A DNA stretch of 63,637 nucleotides, the filler included, from Octopus bimaculoides (lineage: Eukaryota): NCBI RefSeq assembly GCF_001194135.2. It is 9 parts of 7 records of this genome, joined end to end, with 100 filler letters (N's around TTAATTAATTAA, not from the genome) between each part and the next. Parts side by side here need not be neighbours in the genome. Positions count along the whole stretch, not along the records: positions 32,996 to 41,157 come from NC_068991.1; positions 41,258 to 47,628 come from NC_069008.1; positions 47,729 to 55,847 come from NC_069008.1; 6 more parts are not named here. The stretch is one strand, 5' to 3'. The notes below the pieces were generated by a model, which did no database searches, was not told the origin of the DNA, and saw only the letters and a list, made by a program, of their open reading frames with translations. Positions 35,990-49,190 of this stretch are shown here, piece after piece. Each line of letters begins with the position of its first letter. Position 1 is the stretch's first letter. Both the position numbers and the translations under genes were made by a program.

Positions 35990-38040
35990 ATAAAAAAGAA
36001 CTCAACATAAAATATCAATAGCTTCTTCACGAGGCTGTTGCAGTAACTGGTCCTGATGCGCGATGGCATCGGTGGGATCTTTGGCACTATACAGTGTCGA
36101 CCCTTTCTGGCATTAGTGTAGCTTTCAATGCCAAAATTTAGCACAATTCCTTCCAGAGTCTTCCAGGTGTATGTTACTGCATATCTCTCCTACCTTCGCT
36201 CCAGAGAGTAGAGTCTTAGCTGTTTCAGCCTTTCCCAGTAGCTGAACTGTTGCAATGAGACTGTTATACTTCGACCGTGCGAACCAAAGGAGATGGCGAC
36301 GTAGACGAAAAAGGTTCCTTTTTACCATGTCGCACGGTCGAACACAAAATAAGATATATATAAGATAATAGGCTCGTCGTAAGAGATACGCGAGCCATTG
36401 TGCCAGTAAAAGAACTTAGGACAAACTCAACCGTTAGATACATAATGAGAATAAATTTATTAACAAAGTGAAACTGTTTGTCTGTGTGTGCGTGCATGCG
36501 ACATATAAAATTAAGACAGTAGATAAATCAGGCCTTTGTGTACAAGAGAATGTATACAACAATGTGAAGTGACGGACAGTCGTATAAAACAATAGTGTGT
36601 GTACAATATGTGAGAGTACAAGTGTGCGTGTGAATGAGAGGAAACACAGAACATAGAAAGAGTGTCTGTAACATAGACTGTAAAAAGTCTTAAAACACTG
36701 AGATAGAGAAATACCAGTTCGTATTAGAGTTACACAAGGAGACAGAATGTTCATACGCAGGAAGTTGTGGCCAAGTAGCAGAGCTGTGAGTATCACACTA
36801 TGTGTGTTGAGCGTCGAATGATGTGACCTGTGTTACCTGGTATAGTATATTCTGGCTGGTTAGTTCTGACTGTTGTTCGTGAGTAGAAACTCCACTCATA
36901 CAGTGGTGAGATAAAACCGCGCTTGTTGAGGTTGGTGTTGCTGGCGACGACAAAGGTAGACAGTGCATTGGTGGTGAAGACGTCGGCGCTGGAACTGGCT
37001 GTAGCTGTGTTCTGTATGTGTGTGGTCAACGACCAAACCTGTGAGAGATCTGAAATCGAAGACAATTGCCGTCGTTGGATCGGGCTTATTTATAGGCGAA
37101 AATGGGCTCACCGGAAACCCAGTAAAACTCTCTATCACGTGACTTTATCTAAAGCCACGATTGGACGTAATGCCCCCTTAGCAAGCAGAACATGGGGACA
37201 ATTGCCGCGCAAAATAAGAACCAATCAGGATGATGGACAGAAGGGTCCAAGACAAACCGAAGGCTAGATGTTAGCAGCTTCGTTATCATTTATGATTGAA
37301 TGCCCGTGATAGAGGTTTCACTACAAGACGGTCTTCTTTGTGAAGCTTCGCTGGATTGCTTCAAGGTCCACTGTTAATTTTATACTGTTGGGTGACCATA
37401 GCCGGGAGCAATAGTCCAGGTTCCCATCTCTGGTTCTGAACGTTCTCAGGATCCATCCAGCCAGTCGTCTGCACTTTGTCGCCATCCTAGTAATGTGCAC
37501 TTGGAAAGAGATATCATCACTCATGTCGATACCCGGGTCCTTTACTGATTTAGGCTCTGGGATTGTAATTCCCTGTGGACCAGCGTACGCTGTAAGTTTC
37601 ATATTCAGTTTTGAACGCTGGTAGTGCAGGGCTTGGAATTTTTCAGCATCAAACTGCATGTTATTATCCTCAGCCCATCTGTAAATTGAGTCCAACTCCT
37701 GCTGCAGATGTGCAACATCGCTGGGGTTCTGTATTTTCTGCGAGACTTTCGTATATTCTGCGTAGCTGGCAAGGGTGGCTATCCGGGCAGTTGAGGTCAT
37801 ATCTGAGAGGGCCACTATGAAAAGCAGTGGTCCCAAGACAGTGCGCTGTGGAACACCGCTCACTATTTGTGTTTTTATTGAGGTGGCTCCATTGACCACT
37901 ACTGCCTGACTTCTATCTTTCAGGAAGTCGTGTAACCACTCTCCAAGTTTTCCAGCTATGCCGATTTCATGCAGTTTGTGGCATATCATACCATGATCCA
38001 CTTTGTCAAAAGCTTTTACAAAATCAAGGTATATTACGCT
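35990..38040 (-). mobile_element. CR1/L2-group LINE RT fragment split by the solo LTR
   Basis: VIYLDFVKAFDKVDHG, SGVPQRTVLGPLLFIV, DLEAIQRSFTKK | SYWERLKQLRLYSLERR...CIVPK...SYCNSL. Confidence 0.9.
36262..37325 (-). mobile_element. Solo LTR (1064 bp, probably Ty3/gypsy-type), copy 2
   Basis: TGTAG...TAACA termini with a perfect 4-bp TSD AGAC (36258-36261 and 37326-37329). CCAAT boxes, CTATAAATAAG and AATAAA occur in that order on the minus strand. Excising it restores the LINE frame KKTVSLQQFSYWERLK. Confidence 0.85.
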
Positions 38041-38200
38041 TTTGAAAGACAAATGATGGGGAGAAAAACGAAATGGAAAGAAAAAAAGAGGAATGGAAAA
38101 TAAGGAAAGAGAACGAAAAGATTGATAAAAAGGCGTAAAATATAGGGAAGCTGAAGCTAAACCACAAGGAACAGGAAAGAAATGAGAGTGAGGAATGAAA

Positions 38201-38248
<48 letters not shown>

Positions 38249-39130
38249 AGAGATTAACGATGAGACGTAAAAGAAATAATGAACTTTTTTCTTTTTTCTT
38301 TCTTTCTTACAAATGATTTCAATACAGTTTTAACAGAAAGATTTGGAAGTATCAGAAGAAAGTTCTCCGGTAATTTTCTTTCATGTAAATAAATGTTTAT
38401 GTTGACTTAAGAATTTGCCAGCAAAATCTTATAAAATAACAATGTTCTAAAAGATGTACATGTTTGTATGTTATATATATGAAAATAAAGAAAGCAGTAG
38501 AATAGAAAAACGTAAACAAAAAGGAGGAAGGAAAACGGGAAGATGGAAAGGAAAATAAAACAGCGAGAATATTATACTCGCTCTTTCTCAATGACTTTTC
38601 TTGTTTAACAGTGAATGCGAAATCAACAGAAAATGTGGAAAGAAAGAAGAAATTTAAGAGAAATAAATAGAATGAAGAATAATTTCATACGAAACTACTG
38701 TCAGTATGGGAAATAACTCTACTATAAATATGAATATGGCATTAAGTGTTACTATAGCAACCTTTATGTGCAGCTAAACGTCAAACCGTCAGTTCAGTTG
38801 GCCGTCACTCAACATTATGACTGTAAGTTCCTCTACCAACGTTTCATATTGTCATGACAAACTCATTAGCGTAAAGTTAATTTAGTCTAAAATTATCATT
38901 GGTACAGAGCCCAGTTAACTAAGATGTGTAGAAAATAGTGCCCATCTTACTCCAGCAATTAGTGGGTAACTGTTTAAAAAGAGAAATAAGTTAATGTGTG
39001 GGAAAAAAAAAAAATTAAATAAATAAATAACTCCAGCTTTTCTGCTTTTTATTTAGTACCTTACACTTAACTGCTAATATGCATAAACATTGAGATATTA
39101 CACACGTGTGTATTTATAACATTCATACAT

Positions 39131-39163
<33 letters not shown>

Positions 39164-39757
39164 GTTTTAGGGAAAAGAACCAAGGTTCATGAACTCATCG
39201 ATGAAAATCCACTGTCACATACAGAAAAATTAATAATTTACTTATTAATTTTTCTATATGTGACAGTGGATTTTTATCGATATATATATTTATATATATT
39301 TAATACTGTGAAACTTAATTTAATTTTAATTTTTAATAAATTGATTTTAATTGAGTTTTTACCTGTAATTTTGGATTTTTATCTCTAATATTATTATTAT
39401 TATTATTATTATTATNNNNNNNNNNNNNNNNNNNNNNNNNNNNNNNNNNNNNNNNNNNNNNNNNNNNNNNNNNNNNNNNNNNNNNNNNNNNNNNNNNNNN
39501 NNNNNNNNNNNNNNNNNNNNNNNNNNNNNNNNNNNNNNNNNNNNNNNNNNNNNNNNNNNNNNNNNNNNNNNNNNNNNNNNNNNNNNNNNNNNNNNNNNNN
39601 NNNNNNNNNNNNNNNNNNNNNNNNNNNNNNNNNNNNNNNNNNNNNNNNNNNNNNNNNNNNNNNNNNNNNNNGTACCCAGATATGCATCTATATATACAGG
39701 TAGATGTAAGTATGTACATACATGTACGTATATATGCATATACTCATTTATTATTTG

Positions 39758-39795
<38 letters not shown>

Positions 39796-39887
39796 TTCTG
39801 TTGGATCTATTTCAGGAACTGCACAATGGCAGTTGGGGTAAGAATATTAATTAACAGGAGATGGATTTGGTATTAAATCTTTTTGGG

Positions 39888-39932
39888 GTTCAACATATGT
39901 TTTAACCCATCAGTCTGGGTCTCTTCAGGTAC
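39888..39932 (-). ncRNA. Inactive type-I minimal hammerhead ribozyme relic (Penelope-like), copy A
   Basis: GTAC CTGAAGA GACCC N8 GGGTT AAAAC ATAT GTT GAAC. The core G12 of GAAA is replaced by A. Confidence 0.55.
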
Positions 39933-40713
39933 ATTGATAAAGAAGTCTCATTAGAGATTCTTAGTGTCAGCTGGCTTGTTGTTATATTCCTATCAAGTTA
40001 GGCAATGAATAAAAGTAAATAATATTATAGAAATGCAAAAAATTCAAATATGAACATGGACATCTTACATTCCATTTTAGATAAAATGACCTAATCAGCT
40101 TTCACTGTCAAAAAAGAAAGTAGGAGGAGAAAAGAGATTAATACTTAGACAAGTAATTTTCTGTTCGTGCATATACATACAGACAGACAGAGGAACACAG
40201 ACACAAATATATATATGTATACATAGACATACACATACATATATGTATACATACATATACACACACACATACATATACATATATAGCATCCTTTTACTCA
40301 TTCATAAATATATATATATAAGCATACACATATACACAAATACATACATGTAAGTACACATCCGCATATATACATATACACACATATGCAATTATACATT
40401 CACATACACATGCATACATATATAGAGATATCTATATACATATACACAGCTGGATTGTAAAGTTACATGTCTAAATACATGTTATTCAGATACAGTTCTT
40501 CTTTAGTATATGAGGTTTTAACTCAGGGGGATTAATCCGAGTTGTGGGTGTTACGTTTGCATCAGTTAGGTATGGTTTTGATTATAGTATGTGAATGTGT
40601 GTTTAGCTGTATGTAAGTACCTGGGTAATTGTTCCATAATTGTTTATAATGTGCTCCTTTCTTAATAACATTGAGAGTGACTCTTCAGAACATAGTGAGA
40701 CATATTTATCAAT

Positions 40714-40758
40714 GTACCTGAAGAGACCCTGACTGATGGATCAAAACATTTGTTGTAC
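40714..40758 (+). ncRNA. Inactive type-I minimal hammerhead ribozyme relic (Penelope-like), copy B
   Basis: GTAC CTGAAGA GACCC N8 GGATC AAAAC ATTT GTT GTAC. Stem I GTAC/GTAC is intact and G12 is replaced by A. Confidence 0.55.
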
Positions 40759-42445
40759 CGGATCTATTTTTGAAACGGGGGCCACATTTTTCATTAATGT
40801 TTTACGTAGTGTTTTTGGTACGGAAAGACTTTCAAACATCGTATACTTATCTATTTTGTGTTATAGAACAGAAAAATATTTTTGTATTCGAATTTATTTC
40901 ATGTAAAAAATTGTCTTATTTCGATAATTTCAACCAATCACTGACAAGTATTCAGTTGTTTACATTTACTCCTTTGGCTGATTAAGCAGTGTAAAGCGTA
41001 TTTAATCTCCATACCTTCGTTTTATTTGCTTTTTTCATTTTAAATTTGCTTTAACCTGAACCCTAACCCTAACCCTAACCCTAACTCTAGGGTTAGGGTT
41101 AATTGTTTCAGAATCGTTTGTTTATGTAGTCGGCACTTAATGTATATCGGCTGAATGNNNNNNNNNNNNNNNNNNNNNNNNNNNNNNNNNNNNNNNNNNN
41201 NTTAATTAATTAANNNNNNNNNNNNNNNNNNNNNNNNNNNNNNNNNNNNNNNNNNNNTATATATATATACGTATGTATGTATATATATATATATAAACAG
41301 TAGAGTTGGAAATAAAAAGCCCGTGGTACAGCATTTCAGGAAATGAATAGAAATGGCTTTTTTGATGATTTTTCATCTTAAATAATTAGATGTTTATAAA
41401 TTATGTGTGTGTGTGTGTGTGTGTGTAGTTTATAGATCCAATGTAGAGCTCCATCTAGTGAGAGATAAACATCAGTTTAATACACAACTGAAAGAGCTTC
41501 TAACAGTTTCCTGCTTTTACGATAACTTAACCAGGCATATTATAAAAGATTGCTCAGAGATACATGGCCATTTTTTTTTTTATCTTATAAATATGTCTGG
41601 TTAAACTCTCATAAATGCATGAAAGTATTAGCAGCTCTTTTGTAATTTGTGTATTAAATTCATATAGGCAGAGGAGTGGTTGTGCGGTAAGAAGCCTGCT
41701 TCCCAACAACATGGTTCTGGGTTCAGTCCCACTACGAGACACCACGGGCAAGTGTCTCCTACTATGGCCTCAGGCCAACCGAAGTGTTGGGAGTGGATTT
41801 GATAGACGAAAGCTGAAAGATCCTGATTATATATATATATATAAGTTCAAAAATGAAAAACGACAAAAAACAACAACGCGAGGACGTGATACAGATTGTG
41901 TTACTGGACGCTCGGGAAAGGAAAGAAAGAGAATTTGACTGCGGCCATGCTGGAGCACCACCTTTAGTCGAGCAAATTGACCCCAGGACTTATTCTTTGA
42001 AAGCCTAGTACTTATTCTCTCAATCTCTTTTGCCGAACCGCTAAGTTATGGGGGCGTAAACACACCAGCATCGGTTGTCAGGCGATGTTGGAGGGACAAA
42101 CACAGGCACACAAACATACACACACACATACATATACATATATATATATATACATATATACGACGGGCTTCTTTCAGTTTCCGTCTTCCAAATCCACTTA
42201 CAAGGGTTTGGTCGGCCCGAGGCTATAGTAGAAGACACTTGCCCAAGGTGCCACGCAGTGGGACTGAATCCAGAACCATGTGGTCGGTAAGCAAGCTACT
42301 TACCACACAGCNNNNNNNNNNNNNNNNNNNNNNNNNNNNNNNNNNNNNNNNNNNNNNNNNNNNNNNNNNNNNNNNNNNNNNNNNNNNNNNNNNNNNNNNN
42401 NNNNNNNNNNNNNNNNNNNNNNNNNNNNNNNNNNNNNNNNNNNNN

Positions 42446-42486
<41 letters not shown>

Positions 42487-43679
42487 CAAATGATAAATGA
42501 GTATATGCATATATACATACAGGTATGTGCATACCTACGTCTACCTGTATATATAGGTGCATATCTGGGTACAGGACATTGCAAACAAAACGTAGACAAG
42601 AAAATAATAATAACCAGAGTACAGAAAACACACAAGCCACATAGAGAACATTTTCCTTCATTAGCTACCCCCGTTTTAACACCGGCGTTTCGAAGAGTTG
42701 GGCAGGACACATCGTTAAAACGGCTCTTCCCATGGACCGCAAATTAAATTTGTATACACAAATTAAACCTGTGCCATGGAGGAATGTAGTGGCGGACAAA
42801 AAACAAGACAGGAAAAACAAACGAAAAAGAAAACAAGACAGGATACAAATATATATATATATGTATGTATGTATATAGTTCATTGCATCAATGTTTAGAT
42901 GTTGTTTGATAATTGGTAACATGGAAGCAGAAGATTTCTGAAATTTGATCTTTCTGCTTTCCATGTGTTTTCGTTCTCCTCTGCCAAATTCGTTTATCAT
43001 AAACCTGCACCTATTGTTGCTGTTTTCCATTCTCTTCTCTGGTGTAGTCTAAAGTTTTCGCAGTCATGTGTTTTCATACAGAGACACTGATTCACACATA
43101 CACACATATCTACACATACAGGCACGTGAACACACACAAGCATACACACACACAAACGCATACACATACACACATGCATGGGTATACCAACCACATGGTT
43201 CCGGGTTCAGTCCCACTGCGTGGCACCTTGGGCAAGTGTCTTCTACTATAGCCTCTGGCCGACCAAACCTTGTGAGTGGATTTGGTAGACGGAAACTGAA
43301 AGAAGCCCGTCGTATATATGTATGTGTGTGTGTGTGTGTGTGTCTGTGTTTGTTCCCCCTAGCATTGCTTGACAACCGATGCTGGTGTGTTTATGTCCCC
43401 GTAACTTGGCGGTTCAGCAACAGAGACCGATAGAATAAGTACTAGGCTTACCAAGAGTAAGTCCTGGAGTCAATTTGCTCGACTAAAGGTGGTGCTCCAG
43501 CATGGCCACAGTCAAATGACTGAAACAAGTAAAAGAGTAAAAGAGTATTTGCTTTTGGCCAAATTCCATTTCTATGTCAGCTGAAAATGTTGTTATAAAC
43601 TCCAGCTGTTTTTTGGCACTGTTAACATTTTTAGCATAAATCTTGAGGTCATCCACAAAGAAATTATGGCTTACATTAA

Positions 43680-44120
43680 TATCTCTAACAGTTGCAGACC
43701 CCAGCGTGTAGCCGTTTGATTTTTTTGCAGCAGGAATGATAATGGATTTAATACCAAAATGAATAGAATTACAGAAAGGCTTTCTCCTCGGAATATTCCC
43801 CTTGAAATATTTATAACATTGGAGATGATCGTTCCATTCTTAGTTGTAAGGGTGAGAATTGTTGCCCCACCCTTTGTGAGCCTCTCAATGGCAGTTAGTG
43901 AAATAGCAGGCACTTTTACCAAAAGTAGACATTTCGGCAGCCATGAGTTGGGAACAGGGTCCAACGCTTTCCTGTAATCAAACCATACAGCTGCAAGGCT
44001 TCTATACTGTTTTCTTTCTTCAGACAATAGAGCTTCATTTCTGAAAAGTTGTTGCTGTGTCCCCACACTCCTTTCCTTTTCACCTGCCTGTTCATCAGTT
44101 ATGTTGCTGGACCCACAACA
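43680..44120 (-). mobile_element. R4/Dong-like (R2-group) non-LTR reverse transcriptase fragment
   Basis: AVWFDYRKALDPVPNSW and ISRGIFRGESLSVILFILVLNPLSFLL, resembling the AWIDYKKAFDSVPHSW / RGIFQGDSLSPL motifs. Confidence 0.65.
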
Positions 44121-44561
44121 CAACCTGGAACCTGGAAGAATTAGTTGAAACAATTTGTGTACAGTTTGTACATGGTGTTTGCTAATGGGCCTGTTTTTTT
44201 TTTTTTTTTTTTTTTTTTTNNNNNNNNNNNNNNNNNNNNNNNNNNNNNNNNNNNNNNNNNNNNNNNNNNNNNNNNNNNNNNNNNNNNNNNNNNNNNNNNN
44301 NNNNNNNNNNNNNNNNNNNNNNNNNNNNNNNNNNNNNNNNNNNNNNNNNNNNNNNNNNNNNNNNNNNNNNNNNNNNNNNNNNNNNNNNNNNNNNNNNNNN
44401 NNNNNNNNNNNNNNNNNNNNNNNNNNNNNNNNNNNNNNNNNNNNNNNNNNNNNNNNNNNNNNNNNNNNNNNNNNNNNNNNNNNNNNNNNNNNNNNNNNNN
44501 NNNNNNNNNNNNNNNNNNNNNNNNNNNNNNNNNNNNNNNNNNNNNNNNNNNNNNNNNNNNN

Positions 44562-44632
44562 NCCTCTCCCCGTGTTACCTCCTGCCTCTCCCCCTGTTAC
44601 CTCCTGCCTCTCCCCGTGTTACCTCCTGCCTC
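44562..44632. repeat. 22-bp tandem repeat (CCTCTCCCCGTGTTACCTCCTG)n, about 3 copies abutting an N gap
   Basis: Read directly. The array probably continues into the gap. Confidence 0.8.
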
Positions 44633-44659
44633 CTCTTATGTTCCCTCAGATTTTGTACA

Positions 44660-45090
44660 GTCAATATAGGCACATTGAAATGCAGGTCTGGTGACATTGT
44701 TGAGATACTTGAAAGGGGACACACTGACGTGTGCTGCATCCAAAGGGTATGGTGGAAAGGAACTTTGACCAGGTTCATCACTGGCAAAAGGCATAGGTAT
44801 GAATTCTTCCGTGAGGGCAACAGCGATGGGCATACTTCTAGCAAAGAAATGGGTAAAAATGGTGATTGATGTAGTCAGAGTATGTGATAAGGAATTTTAG
44901 CTTAGACTAGTTTTGCAGAATAGCACAGCAACAACCATCTCAGCCTATGTCCCCACCCAACTGGGTCTTCCAAATGAACAAAAAGAATGCTGCTATGACA
45001 CTTTTTTGCAGGTTACTTTGAAGATAAATGACAATGATCTTATCTTTGTGGTTGGTGATTTCAATGGACGTGTTGGCTACCGTGCTGGAC
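44660..45090 (+). mobile_element. RTE LINE endonuclease fragment
   Basis: DVCCIQRVWWKG...ISAYVPTQ...LIFVVGDFNGRVG, paralogous to 3122-3484. Confidence 0.75.
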
Positions 45091-45711
45091 GCACATAAAA
45101 AGCACCGTTTGAGCTTGGTCGATGCCAGTACCGCCTGACAGGCCCTCATGCCAGTGGCTTTTAAAAAGCACCCACTACACTCTACGAGTGGTTGGCGTTA
45201 GGAAGAGCATCCAACTGTAGAAACTCTGCCAGATCAGATTGGAGCCTGGTGCAGCCCCCTGGCTTGCCAGTCCTCAGTCAAACAGTCCAACGCATGCCAT
45301 CATGGAAAGCGGAATTTAAATGATGATGATGATGATGATGATGATATATACATATACACACACACACAATGCACACACACACACACAAACATACACATAT
45401 ATTTATACGCTCACACACATGCACATGTAATCACACAGAGACATACATACATACATATATACATGCCTGTATATATAAACATACAGGCACACACACACAC
45501 ACACACACACACAACACAAATAAGATTTTCCATTGTCTCACTGCTTCCACAGATTTATTTATCAAATGCCACCAACTTCGCTGTCAGACATTTCAAACCA
45601 ATTTGAAAGCAATGTTGACTTTTTTAAGAAGAAAACCTACTTTATGAACCTTCCCATATACAACAATAACAATGTGCAAACATACATACATGCATACATG
45701 CATATATACAC

Positions 45712-45751
<40 letters not shown>

Positions 45752-47050
45752 NNNNNNNNNNNNNNNNNNNNNNNNNNNNNNNNNNNNNNNNNNNNNNNNN
45801 NNNNNNNNNNNNNNNNNNNNNNNNNNNNNNNNNNNNNNNNNNNNNNNNNNNNNNNNNNNNNNNNNNNNNNNNNNNNNNNNNNNNNNNNNNNNNNNNNNNN
45901 NNNNNNNNNNNNNNNNNNNNNNNNNNNNNNNNNNNNNNNNNNNNNNNNNNNNNNNNNNNNNNNNNNNNNNNNNNNNNNNNNNNNNNNNNNNNNNNNNNNN
46001 NNNNNNNNNNNNNNNNNNNNNNNNNNNNNNNNNNNNNNNNNNNNNNNNNNNNNNNNNNNNNNNNNNNNNNNNNNNNNNNNNNNNNNNNNNNNNNNNNNNN
46101 NNNNNNNNNNNNNNNNNNNNNNNNNNNNNNNNNNNNNNNNNNNNNNNNNNNNNNNNNNNNNNNNNNNNNNNNNNNNNNNNNNNNNNNNNNNNNNNNNNNN
46201 NNNNNNNNNNNNNNNNNNNNNNNNNNNNNNNNNNNNNNNNNNNNNNNNNNNNNNNNNNNNNNNNNNNNNNNNNNNNNNNNNNNNNNNNNNNNNNNNNNNN
46301 NNNNNNNNNNNNNNNNNNNNNNNNNNNNNNNNNNNNNNNNNNNNNNNNNNNNNNNNNNNNNNNNNNNNNNNNNNNNNNNNNNNNNNNNNNNNNNNNNNNN
46401 NNNNNNNNNNNNNNNNNNNNNNNNNNNNNNNNNNNNNNNNNNNNNNNNNNNNNNNNNNNNNNNNNNNNNNNNNNNNNNNNNNNNNNNNNNNNNNNNNNNN
46501 NNNNNNNNNNNNNNNNNNNNNNNNNNNNNNNNNNNNNNNNNNNNNNNNNNNNNNNNNNNNNNNNNNNNNNNNNNNNNNNNNNNNNNNNNNNNNNNNNNNN
46601 NNNNNNNNNNNNNNNNNNNNNNNNNNNNNNNNNNNNNNNNNNNNNNNNNNNNNNNNNNNNNNNNNNATACACATACATATATACATATATATATACATAT
46701 ATACACACATACATATACACATATATATACAATAGGCATAGGAGTGGCTGTGTGGTAAGTAACTTGCTTATGAACCACATGGTTCCGGGTTCAGTCCCAC
46801 TGCGTGGCACCTTGGGCAAGTGTCTTCTACTATAGCCTCGGGCCGACCAAAGCCTTGTGAGTGGATTTGGTAGACGGAAACTGAAAGAAGCCTGTCGTAT
46901 ATATGTATGTGAGTGTATGTGTTTGTGTCTGTGTTTGTCCCCACCAACAACGCTTGACAACCGATGGTGGTGTGTTTACGTCCCCGTAACTTTGCAGTTC
47001 GGCAAAAGACACCGATAGAATAAGTACTAGGCTTACAAAGNNNNNNNNNN

Positions 47051-47092
<42 letters not shown>

Positions 47093-48454
47093 GTTGTATG
47101 CATGTAGGTATGTATGTGTATATCTATATGCGCATAGATATTGGTCCATCCGGGTGTGAGGGCACATGCTGTTAGTAAATGTGTGTTGAGTCTGTGCGTC
47201 CTGTGTTTAGTAAGCTGGTATGGAAGTACCCACCTCACTCCATATTCTGTGACCCCTACCCAAGCCACCTCCTCGTTCAACATGCTAATAACACAACTCA
47301 AGCCATATACATATATGACACCATGCAAATACATACACATCAATACATACATACATACATGTGCACATACATATATTCATAAATGCATATACACATACAT
47401 ATATACATATATATATACATATATACACACATACATATACACATATATATACAATAGGCATAGGAGTGGCTGTGTGGTAAGTAACTTGCTTATGAACCAC
47501 ATGGTTCCGGGTTCAGTCCCACTGCGTGGCACCTTGGGCAAGTGTCTTCTACTATAGCCTCGGGCCGACCAAAGCCTTGTGAGTGGATTTGGTAGACGGA
47601 AACTGAAAGAAGCCTGTCGTATATATGTNNNNNNNNNNNNNNNNNNNNNNNNNNNNNNNNNNNNNNNNNNNNTTAATTAATTAANNNNNNNNNNNNNNNN
47701 NNNNNNNNNNNNNNNNNNNNNNNNNNNNATATATATATAATGGGATTTCTTTCATTTTCCATCGACAAAATCTACTCACAAGGCTTTGGTGGGCTGAGGC
47801 TGTTGTAGAAGACACTTGCCCAAGGTGTCATGCAGTGGGACTGAACCCGGAACCATGTGGTTGAGAAGCCAGCTTCTTACCACACAGCATGTATAAAATG
47901 ATTCACAAGCTGTAACTGGTCATGACAATATCAAAAGATATTCTTGAACAACAGGAATTGCTTGTACATATATTTATTTATGGTCCAGTGGAGATTATTA
48001 AACAACTCAATGAATAAACATTTGAAGCAGTCTTGACAAAGCCTTATTTCTTTTGAAAAGAACAGGAAATCTACAGAACGAAAGCAATTGCGCATTCATG
48101 GAAAAAATATAAGCATTGAATTTAATTAGGAATTGAATAAAATAGAATGCCTATTTACAAGGAAATAAGTACAACGAGTCGAGGAGCAGGATAAAAGCCA
48201 TTTTAGAAATCAAATGTTTAAGAAAACTGTTTAGCGAAAGATAAGAATAGAAATTAAAATTGATGAGGAGGGTGAATAAGTAATTAGTAAAAGACATAAA
48301 TAATAATATTGATAATAATAATAATAATAATAATAATAGTAATGATGAAAGTTATTTTTCACTCTTTTCTTTTGCATCCGTGTGGTGGTGTGCGTACATA
48401 TTGTATATTTACATACATGTTTATCTCTCTCTCTCTCTTCTGTGTGTATGTGTA

Positions 48455-48513
<59 letters not shown>

Positions 48514-48903
48514 ATATATATATATATATGTATAATCTACATCATCATCAACCTCTCCAATACTTTTTACGGAAAAGTGTGTATATATATATACACACAC
48601 ACACACATATATATGAAATATATGCTTTGTTAAGAAAAATCATGAACTTGTAATGGTGTGTATTGGTCAGTCAAGCAAGGAGACACACCACACAGAGAAA
48701 GGCGGAGGGAGAGAGAGGGAGGGACAAAAGGAGAGAGAGAGGGGGACGCAAGGAGGAGGAAATTTGTTGTATATATTTTATACACCCAGTTGTATAGAGA
48801 TTTTATAAATGCACTTGCTGCATACAGTGATATATATATCATCATCATCGTTTAACATCCGCTTTCCATGCTAGCATGGATTGGACGATTTGACTGAGGA
48901 CTG

Positions 48904-48939
<36 letters not shown>

Positions 48940-49158
48940 NNNNNNNNNNGAAAACAATGAAGAAATGAAAGCAAAAAAAGAAAGAAAGAAAGCAAGAGAT
49001 GAAGGAGACTTACTTCTGGGTATTAATCCTGATCCAAAGGTCATTAAATCTAATTTTCTCTTGTCTGCTCAGGTTTTTCCTCTTTTCTTCATGTTGGTGT
49101 TGTTGGTGGCGGTTTTTGTTGTTTCGTTGTCTGTTAGGAAGTCAAAGAAAGATATATG

Positions 49159-49190
<32 letters not shown>

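Noticed and set aside
46668-47628. Identical duplication of a SINE together with its microsatellite flank (about 46668-46915 and 47380-47628)
   Set aside because: Both copies abut gaps and are identical, so this is most likely assembly or haplotype redundancy.
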